A stretch of DNA of 18,770 nt. Source: Candidatus Iainarchaeum sp. Its GTDB lineage: Archaea > Iainarchaeota > Iainarchaeia > Iainarchaeales > JAFCCW01. The notes beneath the pieces are model-generated. The model saw only the letters and a list, made by a program, of their open reading frames with translations. It was not told where the DNA came from and searched no databases. This document shows positions 7,530 to 14,533 of the stretch, one piece after another. The stretch spans positions 1 to 18,770 of the forward strand of contig JAFCCW010000015.1 in assembly GCA_017609985.1 (NCBI GenBank). The letters are read 5' to 3'. Made by a program: the position numbers and the translations under genes. Position 1 is the first letter of the stretch. Each line of letters opens with the position of its first letter.

Positions 7530-9983
7530 TTACTTTTTCTGTCTTGTTTTTAGAATCTGCTCTTTTTCTTCTTCAAGCACAACAAGTTTGATGTTTTCAA
7601 CTGCGTCAATGTTTGCGCTGATGGAATCGATTCCGTATTCTACAAGATGTTTTACCATTTCTGGATTGCTTGCTGCTTGTCCGCAGATAGATGTTTTTAC
7701 CCCGGCTTTTTTGCACTTTTTTATCACATGCTTTATTTCCCTCAGCACTGCCGGGTGCAACTCGCTGAAAATGCTTTGTATTTTTTCATTGTTTCTGTCA
7801 ACTCCAAGTGTTAATTGTGTCAAGTCGTTTGTTCCAAAGCTCACAAAGTCGATTCCTTCTTCAATTAACTCGTCAATTATCCAAATACTTGCTGGTGTTT
7901 CAATCATTACTCCAAACTCAAACTCTTTTCCGTTTGGATTTAATCCAACTTCTTTTGCGATTTCTTTTGCTTTTTTTAGCTCTTTAACTTGTGTAAGGAA
8001 CGGAAGCATTATTCCAATATTGTGGAATCCCTCTGCAATAAGTTCTTTGACTGCCTGAAACTGTGCTTTTAGCATTTCTTCCTGGTCAAGGTCTCGTCTT
8101 ATTCCATGCCAGCCCAGCATTGGATTATCTTCAATTGGCTCTTTGTCTCCTCCTTCCAGTTCTCTGAACTCATCACTTCGTGCATCGAATGTTCTGAACC
8201 AAACAGGTTTTCCCCTGAAGTTTGTGACAACTGTTCTGATTCCGTTCTTGACTGTTTCAACAAGTTCTTTTATCTGTCCTTGCCTCACAAACTCTGCAGG
8301 GTGTTTTCCTGAAGAAGTAATCATGTGCTCTGCTCTCAATAATCCGACTCCGTCAGCTCCTGTTTTTGCTGCTTTTTCTGCAACTTCCGGAAGAGCCACA
8401 TTTACCTTAACTACTGGGGCAATCTTTTTCAAAAATTTTGTCAAGTCTTCTTTTTCTTTTTCAATCATTTCACTGTTCATTTCGCTCTCATCTTCTTTCT
8501 TGAATTCTTCAACTATTGCTTCTGCTTTTCTTGCCTGATCTTCTTCCATTCCGCCGGTCTCAAGCTTTTTATCAAGTGCTCTTTCTATTTCGTCAAGCTC
8601 TCCTTCTTCAAACAATTCTTTGTTCTCTTCTTCCTTTTTTTGCACTTTAACAATTCCGTCGTAAACTACTCCGTCAAATCCATTGACTGTAATTTCCTGT
8701 TCGTCTTTCAGTTTCTCTGTCCCGTTTTCTGTTCCAACAACGCATGGAATACCGAGTTCTCTGCTCACTATTGCTGCATGACATGTTCTTCCGCCTTCGT
8801 TTGTTATAATTCCTGCGCTCTTTTTCATGATTGGAACCCAATCTGGATTAGTCATTGTTGTTACCAGAATGTCTCCTTCCATTACTTTGTTGACTTGTTC
8901 AGCAGAGGGAACAACTTTTACTTTTCCGGACGCAACTCCTGGTGATGCTGCAAGTCCTTCAATAATTATGTTTCCTTCAATCTTTCCCCTGTCTCTTACT
9001 TTTTTTGAAAGTTCTAGAGTAGTGATTGGTCTGCTTTGCACTATGTATATTTCGTTTGCTTCTATTGCAAATTCTATGTCCTGCGGTTTCTTGTAATGGT
9101 TTTCAATTTGCTTTCCGATTTTTGCAATTTTAATAATCATTGGGTCTTCTATTTTTTGCTTGCTTCCCTCTTTTTCGCTTAGTTTAACTCTCTTGTTTTC
9201 TCCTGCTGACTTAACCAGCTTCCATTCCTGATAATGCACTTTTTTTTCAGTTAAGTGCAGTGAGCCCTTGTCCACAGTGTAAGTGTCTGGAGTAATCTTT
9301 CCTCCGACGATTGTTTCTCCTAAGCCATATCCTGCTTCAATTAATATTGTGGTTTCGTCTCCTGTCGGGTCTGCAGTAAACATTATTCCGCTAACATTTG
9401 AATTAACCATTTTCTGAACAACTACTGCTATTCCTACTTTTTCTGTTGGAAATCCTTTTTGTTTTCGGTAATAGGTTGCTCTTGCAGTAAACAGTGAAGC
9501 CCAGCATTTTTTGACTGCTTCGAGCAGTGCCTGTTTTCCATGAATGTTTAGGTAAGTGTCCTGTTGCCCTGCAAAGCTGGCTCCTGGAAGATCTTCAGCA
9601 GTTGCGCTTGACCTGACAGCAACATATTCTTCTTCAGATGACGTAAGCCAAGCGATTTTTTTCTCACTCATCTTTTTGTAAGCCATTATTATTTCTGTTT
9701 CAAGTTCTTCACTCATTTTTCCTGCAAGAATAAGTCCTCTTGCTTCTTCTGTTGTTTTTCCAAGCTTTTCTGTGTTTTCAACGTCAAGAACATTCATTAC
9801 TTTGCAAATCTTGTTCTGCAAGTCATTATCTTCCATATACTTAAAATAAGCCTGTGCAGTTACAACAAATCCTGGTGGCACTGGAAAATTTTGCCTAGCC
9901 ATCTTTCCAAGGTTAAGTCCTTTGCCTCCAACCTGTTCAAGAGATTCGTCACCGATATTTTGAAACCATTTAATATAAGCCAT
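7530..9983 (-). CDS. ppsA: Phosphoenolpyruvate synthase (pyruvate, water dikinase)
   Basis: VGGKGLNLG, AVRSSATAEDLPGASFAGQQDT, phospho-His motif GGRTCHAAIVSRELG, GVGLLRAE, NPMLGWHGIR, SFGTNDLTQ and SICGQA. True start taken as ATG 9983 (MAYIKWF; 817 aa). Confidence 0.96.
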   Translation of the reverse strand: MAYIKWFQNIGDESLEQVGGKGLNLGKMARQNFPVPPGFVVTAQAYFKYMEDNDLQNKICKVMNVLDVENTEKLGKTTEEARGLILAGKMSEELETEIIMAYKKMSEKKIAWLTSSEEEYVAVRSSATAEDLPGASFAGQQDTYLNIHGKQALLEAVKKCWASLFTARATYYRKQKGFPTEKVGIAVVVQKMVNSNVSGIMFTADPTGDETTILIEAGYGLGETIVGGKITPDTYTVDKGSLHLTEKKVHYQEWKLVKSAGENKRVKLSEKEGSKQKIEDPMIIKIAKIGKQIENHYKKPQDIEFAIEANEIYIVQSRPITTLELSKKVRDRGKIEGNIIIEGLAASPGVASGKVKVVPSAEQVNKVMEGDILVTTMTNPDWVPIMKKSAGIITNEGGRTCHAAIVSRELGIPCVVGTENGTEKLKDEQEITVNGFDGVVYDGIVKVQKKEEENKELFEEGELDEIERALDKKLETGGMEEDQARKAEAIVEEFKKEDESEMNSEMIEKEKEDLTKFLKKIAPVVKVNVALPEVAEKAAKTGADGVGLLRAEHMITSSGKHPAEFVRQGQIKELVETVKNGIRTVVTNFRGKPVWFRTFDARSDEFRELEGGDKEPIEDNPMLGWHGIRRDLDQEEMLKAQFQAVKELIAEGFHNIGIMLPFLTQVKELKKAKEIAKEVGLNPNGKEFEFGVMIETPASIWIIDELIEEGIDFVSFGTNDLTQLTLGVDRNNEKIQSIFSELHPAVLREIKHVIKKCKKAGVKTSICGQAASNPEMVKHLVEYGIDSISANIDAVENIKLVVLEEEKEQILKTRQKK

Positions 9984-10004
9984 CGAATAAAAAAAGCCTT
10001 TATT

Positions 10005-10020
10005 CTTTAAAAGACTTTTC
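10005..10020 (-). promoter_or_regulatory. BRE+TATA for ppsA (leaderless)
   Basis: Minus strand GAAAAGTC-TTTTAAAG; the TATA lies about 22-29 nt upstream of ATG 9983. Confidence 0.55.
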
Positions 10021-10050
10021 CAAAAATAGAGAATCAGTTTAATCAATTTA

Positions 10051-10767
10051 TTATTTCTTTTTTTGCTTTTTTTCTTCTTTGCTGTCTTCCTTTTCTTCTT
10101 TGCCTTCTTTTTGTTTCTCGTCTTCAGCTTCACCTTCAGTTTTCTCTTCTGTTTCCTCGCCCTTGGTTTCTTCTTCCTTCTTCTCTGGTTCTTCAATTAT
10201 TGCTTCTTCAATCATTGCCTTTGGTCTTGTTCCAAGGCTTTTAACATCTTCGTGAACATTAACATGAATATTGCAGGGAAATCTGCTTTTTGATTTCAGT
10301 ATTGATTCTTTTGCTGCTTTTACATTTTGCTTGTTCACAAGAACACTGATTATTGCCTGTCCTGCTCTTACTCTTGCACTTCTTCCGATTGGTTTTCCAA
10401 ACGGGTGGCTCATTCCCTGCTGTATCCTGTCAGCATGTGCTCCCTGTGCCTGTTTGTTTTCTCGCAGAATGTTGTGAGGATAAATTCTTATTCTCATGAA
10501 GAATCCGTCTTTTCCAAGCCTTTTAACAAGCTGTCTGTTAATTGCAATTCTTGCACTTTCAAGCGCATTATCTCTAACCTGTACGCTTTCTTCAACAACA
10601 AGGTCTAGGATGTGAGTGTATGATTTGCCTCCAGCACCCATATTAAACTGTCTTATCTTGATTCCAGGAGTTGCCCCAATATAGTTTCTTTTGTGAACAG
10701 TAACTGCTGTCCTTGTATAAGGGCGCTTGTCAATACTCCTGTAGCATTTTCCTGGTCTTATTCCCAT
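10051..10767 (-). CDS. rpl10e: 50S ribosomal protein uL16 (L10e) with a long Glu/Lys C-terminal tail
   Basis: MGIRPGKCYR, QVRDNALESARIAINR, RIYPHNILRENK and ADRIQQGMSHPFGKPIGRSARV. SD-like AGTGAT upstream. Confidence 0.96.
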   Translation of the reverse strand: MGIRPGKCYRSIDKRPYTRTAVTVHKRNYIGATPGIKIRQFNMGAGGKSYTHILDLVVEESVQVRDNALESARIAINRQLVKRLGKDGFFMRIRIYPHNILRENKQAQGAHADRIQQGMSHPFGKPIGRSARVRAGQAIISVLVNKQNVKAAKESILKSKSRFPCNIHVNVHEDVKSLGTRPKAMIEEAIIEEPEKKEEETKGEETEEKTEGEAEDEKQKEGKEEKEDSKEEKKQKKK

Positions 10768-10911
10768 AAAATCACTTGAGAAACAGTAAATTCTCAGTTA
10801 TAATTGCGCTTAAAAGGGTTTTTAAATCTTAGCGATTGGTTGTTAGCTTGGGATAAAACCTGTCTGAGGATAATCGGAAACTTTGTTTATTTATAATTTA
10901 AGTGAAAATTG

Positions 10912-11812
10912 CTATCTACACTCTTCTGCGAAAAGTTTCTCAAATTCTTCAGCAACTGTATGGTATTCTGCTTTTTTGACGTTGTCTTCTTCAAGAGCAG
11001 CAGTGTTTGCAGAACCCTGTTCTGAAACAGAAATATAATTGCAGATATCTTCTACGGTTCCGCAAAAGTTTGTGTTTTCACAGCCTCCAAATTCCCAGCT
11101 TTCGCCGGATGGGTGAACCCATGCAATCGTGCATCCGTCTGTCAGATAACAGCTGTCCAAATTAGAGCAATACGAACAGCAACCTGGCCCGCATTCTGTG
11201 CATCCTTCTGCATCAAAAACCATTGCATCGCATAATTTTTCTGAGCAAAATTGGCTTGAGCAGTAATCAACGCAGGCTTTTGAGTTTTCTGCTTTGCCAC
11301 AGTATTCCGGGGTAAAATCAACTGAATCTGTTCCGATGTCTGAAATATCATATGCATTAAGTCCCAAGTGATTAGTGATAATCTCGTTTATTTTGTTTTC
11401 CACTGCGTCAAATTCATCAGCGGAATAATTATTCATTCTCACAGACTTTGTTGTTCCATTTGCAGTAATTGAGATTTTGTTCCAGCCTCCGTCCATAATG
11501 GATGGGTCAGTATAATCATTGTTCAATGAAAAGAATCCTGAATTATTTGCAGTGTTGTAAACTTCCAAAAGTTCTTCCTTGGTTGCTGTGAATTTTAGTG
11601 TTTCTTCATCATTGCCTCTGGTTTTTACAAATTCTGCATTTCCTTGAGTGTCAATGGAAAGATAGTATGCTCCCCAGTCAAGATGCATTGCTCCTGTTCC
11701 ATACTCTATTGAGAAATCACTTGGAAGTTCTGTCGCAAGAGGTTGGGGGCGGGGTTATGCATCCAAAGAACAGCAAAAAAACTATTGCCAAAATATAATC
11801 TAGTTTATTCAA
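10912..11812 (-). pseudogene. Cys-rich surface lipoprotein gene interrupted by a 1-nt frameshift near 11745-11754 (pseudogene, phase-variable gene or assembly error)
   Basis: TTG 11812 begins MNKLDYILAIVFLLFFGC-ITPP (lipobox); this frame stops at TGA 11717-11719. The 258-aa ORF frame is open upstream to TAA 11755-11757 and reads ...PQPLATELPSDFSIEYGTGA-MHLDWG. Removing one C from ACCCCGCCCCCAA fuses the two into a 299-aa protein. Confidence 0.7.
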
Positions 11813-11872
11813 TCAAATCAAAAAATAGACTTTTTTTCACATATTTAATTGTTTTCCTGGTTCTGTTTGCTT

Positions 11873-12727
11873 CTATCTTGGGTCAATGTGCACAAAGCAG
11901 TCTGCTATTCCTTCAATTTCCTGAACTGCTCTCTCAACCTGTTTTCCAATCGTGTGCGCGTTTTTCAAGCTGAGTTTTTTGTCAACATCAATATGTACTT
12001 CAACGTGAAGATAGTTTCCAACATAGTGGGCTTTTACGTCGTGAATAGAGATTACTCCAGTAACTGATTTTGCTGATAGCCTGATTTTTGACAAGAATTC
12101 TTTGTCAGGGCTTCTGCCCATTAAATAGTCTATGTTTTCCAGAGCAATTTTGACACCAGAACATATTATGTATAAGCCAATTGCTATTCCTACTGCTGAG
12201 TCAATGCTTGTTCCAAAATATGGTTTGAGCATTATTCCAATAATTGCTGAAAGCGACATAAAAATATCATTTCTTGCATCTACAAATGCTGCTGACAGCA
12301 CAGGATGTTTTCCTTCTTTGTAAATTTTTTTCAGGTACAGCCAGATAAATCCTTTTCCGGCAATAGACACAAACAATGCAAATATTGCAAGTTCAATGAA
12401 TGCAATTTCTTCCGGAAAAAAAATACGAACTATTGAATTTTTGATTATTTCAAATCCAATCAAGCCCATTACTATTGCCACAAAAAGTGCGCCTATTGGT
12501 TGTGCCCTGTAGTGACCGAATGGGTGTGATTCGTCTGCTTTTTTTCCAGATATTCTAACTGTTGCCTTTATTATGATTGAGGTCATTATGTCCCCCAGGG
12601 AATTTGCAGCATCTGAAAGCAGGCCTATGCTGTTTGAAAGAATTCCAGTAGCAATCTTTATCAAAAACAGAAATATGTTTGATACTAGAAGCATATCAGA
12701 GGCTTTTTCTTCTTCACTTTTTGCCAT
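11873..12727 (-). CDS. Cation diffusion facilitator (FieF/CzcD-type divalent metal exporter)
   Basis: SIGLLSDAANSLGD, ADESHPFGHYR, DARND and a C-terminal HVEVHIDVD...AH...FVHIDP. Start at ATG 12727 with SD-like AAGTGA; the ORF-track extension to 12802 runs through the tRNA. Confidence 0.93.
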   Translation of the reverse strand: MAKSEEEKASDMLLVSNIFLFLIKIATGILSNSIGLLSDAANSLGDIMTSIIIKATVRISGKKADESHPFGHYRAQPIGALFVAIVMGLIGFEIIKNSIVRIFFPEEIAFIELAIFALFVSIAGKGFIWLYLKKIYKEGKHPVLSAAFVDARNDIFMSLSAIIGIMLKPYFGTSIDSAVGIAIGLYIICSGVKIALENIDYLMGRSPDKEFLSKIRLSAKSVTGVISIHDVKAHYVGNYLHVEVHIDVDKKLSLKNAHTIGKQVERAVQEIEGIADCFVHIDPR

Positions 12728-12739
12728 TTTTTCACTTCC

Positions 12740-12751
12740 AAAAAAAGGAAA
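12740..12751 (-). terminator. Oligo-T tract after tRNA-Cys
   Basis: Minus strand TTTCCTTTTTTT directly follows the discriminator base. Confidence 0.5.
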
Positions 12752-12822
12752 AGCGGGGTATGGGAATCGAACCCATCTCTGTGGCTCTGCAGGCCACCGC
12801 ATAGCCGATCTGCCAACCCCGC
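12752..12822 (-). tRNA. tRNA-Cys(GCA), intron-less, CCA not encoded
   Basis: GCGGGGT TG GCAG ATCGGCT ATGC G GTGGC CTGCAGA GCCAC AGAG ATGGG TTCGATT CCCAT ACCCCGC T. Acceptor, anticodon and T stems pair perfectly; anticodon GCA, G37 and discriminator U73. Confidence 0.97.
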
Positions 12823-12901
12823 GGAGTTTCGCCCGCCGTGTGCGGGCACACTATTTCGCTGTTGCTCAATAGTGGGGGTGCTAGCCGTCTTTCAGGCTTG
12901 C
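12823..12901 (-). ncRNA. Candidate structured RNA / long 5' leader co-transcribed with tRNA-Cys (family unknown)
   Basis: About 59% GC (47/79 by hand count) in an AT-rich context. Three adjacent hairpins: 12901-12880, 12874-12849 and 12847-12831. It starts about 25 nt below a TATA box. Confidence 0.55.
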
Positions 12902-12925
12902 TTTTTAGAATTTTTGCCAGCAACC

Positions 12926-12941
12926 TATTTTAAGCTTTAAC
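12926..12941 (-). promoter_or_regulatory. BRE+TATA for the leader/tRNA-Cys transcript
   Basis: Minus strand GTTAAAGC-TTAAAATA; predicted start near 12901-12903, where the GC-rich structure begins. Confidence 0.55.
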
Positions 12942-12989
12942 CCTGCTTTTTCACAAACCAATTTAATGATTTTCAAGCAGTATTTCTCT

Positions 12990-13871
12990 ATGAATAAACC
13001 AAATTGTTTGATTGTGAAGACTTCCAGTGAAATCTTTCTGAAATCTGCCCAGGTTCAGAAATTCTTTCTGAGAAAGCTTCGCGAGCATATTTCTTTTGCT
13101 CTTAAACAGAACAAGATTGAGGTTAATTCAATAACACATGCAAGAGGCAGATTTTTTATTTATCTTGACAGTCCGGAAAAAGCCCAGGTTATTCTTTCAA
13201 AAATGTTCGGAGTTCACGCAACAGCTCTTGCTTTTTCTTCTCAGGAAAATTCTATTGAAGCTCTCCAACGCCTTGTTCTTAATGTGTCTCCTGCAAGTCT
13301 TGCCGGAAAAAAATCTTTTGCAGTGCGCGTTACCCGGGTTTCAAAAAAATGGATAACTTCCCGTGACGTTGAAATGAAGATTGGCTCAGCAGTTCTCTCA
13401 AGCTTTCCCGCGCTTTCAGTTAATCTTGAAGAACCTGACGCAACAATTTTCATAGAGCTTCATGAAAAAAATTTCTTTGTTTATTTTTCTGAAGAAAAGA
13501 GTTTGGGCGGGTTGCCTCTTGGGGTTGAGGGAAGCATTGCTTTTTTGTTTGAAGGACGGGAAGATGAACTTGCGGCAGCTTATCTTTTGATGAAGCGCGG
13601 ATGCAATCTTTTTCCAGTTGTAAAAAAAGAATCAAAAATTTTGACTTCTTCTATCGCTCGCCTTGTTCCATTCAATGCATTCAGAGAGTTTTCAATTTCA
13701 GATTTTTCAGACATTCCCCTTCTTGTCAGCGAGCGCAAAATTAAGGCAATTGGTTTTTCTCACAAAGAAATTTCTGAAATCAGTTCTGAGAAAACAGGCT
13801 TGCTTGAGTTATATCCTCTTTTATTTTTTCCAGAGAATTTGCTCTCTGAAATTCGAGAGGTGGTTTTGTGA
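12990..13871 (+). CDS. THUMP-domain, ThiI-like protein with a degenerate PP-loop
   Basis: SEIFLKS N-terminus, THUMP (SFAVRVTR...SRDVEMKIG...VNLEEPD) and GGLPLGVEG...AAYLLMKRGC, but EGREDE replaces SGGIDS. TTTAAT at 12962-12967 favours a leaderless start at ATG 12990. Confidence 0.85.
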   Translation: MNKPNCLIVKTSSEIFLKSAQVQKFFLRKLREHISFALKQNKIEVNSITHARGRFFIYLDSPEKAQVILSKMFGVHATALAFSSQENSIEALQRLVLNVSPASLAGKKSFAVRVTRVSKKWITSRDVEMKIGSAVLSSFPALSVNLEEPDATIFIELHEKNFFVYFSEEKSLGGLPLGVEGSIAFLFEGREDELAAAYLLMKRGCNLFPVVKKESKILTSSIARLVPFNAFREFSISDFSDIPLLVSERKIKAIGFSHKEISEISSEKTGLLELYPLLFFPENLLSEIREVVL

Positions 13872-14533
13872 AACTCAAAGCAGTTGTTTTTGACTTGGAT
13901 GATACTCTGCTTGAAACTTTCAAGGCTTCTTACAACAGGCATGAAAAAGTAGCTCTTGCCCTTGGCCTGAAAATGCCTTCAAAAAAAGATTTTTATTCTA
14001 ACTGGGGGCTTCCGTGGAATCCATTCATCAGCAGGACTTTTTCTGAAACAACTCCGGAAATTTTCAGAAAAAAATATTATGAAGTCAATCCTAACAATTT
14101 TGTTCCATTGATTGACGGAGCAAAGCAGTGCCTTGACTTTTTTATTGAACAGGATTTTTTTATTGGAATTCTTACTTCCAGAGAAAGGTCAAGTGTTGAA
14201 AACAGGCTTAGGGAAACAGGTCTTTTCAAAGAAGCTTTTGAAAAAATTTATGCTGTTGACGAAACAAATGTGCATAAACCAGATCCAAGAGTTTTTGACG
14301 GAATAAAAAACGATTTTAAATCTCACGGAATTTCTCCAAGCGAAGCACTTTATGTCGGGGACAATGTTGTGGACTTTAAGGCTGCTTCAGGAGCTGGTTT
14401 GGAGTTTGCAGGAGTTCTTACTGGTGTCTCGAAAAAAGAATTGTTTGTTTCAGCAGGTCTTCATCAGTCCTTAATTGTTTCTTCAGTTAAACAGGTTCCA
14501 AAACTTGCACTTGAAAAGGAATGGGTTGAATGA
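13868..14533 (+). CDS. HAD-superfamily hydrolase (phosphoglycolate-phosphatase-like)
   Basis: Motif I VFDLDDTL, motif II LTS, KPDP and YVGDNVVD. GTG start overlaps the upstream stop (GTGA); SD GAGGTG. Confidence 0.9.
   Translation: MKLKAVVFDLDDTLLETFKASYNRHEKVALALGLKMPSKKDFYSNWGLPWNPFISRTFSETTPEIFRKKYYEVNPNNFVPLIDGAKQCLDFFIEQDFFIGILTSRERSSVENRLRETGLFKEAFEKIYAVDETNVHKPDPRVFDGIKNDFKSHGISPSEALYVGDNVVDFKAASGAGLEFAGVLTGVSKKELFVSAGLHQSLIVSSVKQVPKLALEKEWVE

Noticed and set aside
7306-8058. 250-aa plus-strand ORF and other antisense ORFs (e.g. 294-683, 8143-8538, 14890-15303, 16191-16661)
   Set aside because: They are antisense shadows of well-supported genes, with biased composition and no recognisable motifs.
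9984-10196. Highly basic 71-aa N-terminal extension of PpsA in the ORF track
   Set aside because: It is largely the shifted-frame reading of the purine-rich rpl10e tail. Homology begins at MAYIKWF and a BRE+TATA sits just upstream of ATG 9983.
10912-12752. Genomic island integrated at the tRNA-Cys 3' end
   Set aside because: There is no integrase, I saw no duplicated tRNA 3' end (att repeat), and composition is similar to the flanks.
12728-12802. N-terminal extension of the CDF ORF (and ORFs 12732-12923 and 12573-12872)
   Set aside because: These read through the tRNA-Cys gene and the structured leader and have no protein-like features.
12823-12901. Assignment of the leader to a NiCo (czcD) riboswitch, hammerhead, fluoride riboswitch, 5S rRNA, RNase P, SRP or H/ACA RNA
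   Set aside because: Only fragments match (GCAACAG, CUGA...CGAAAC, GGAGUUUCGCC, CCCGCACACGG, GAAACUCC). The required partner motifs, spacing or length are missing in each case.
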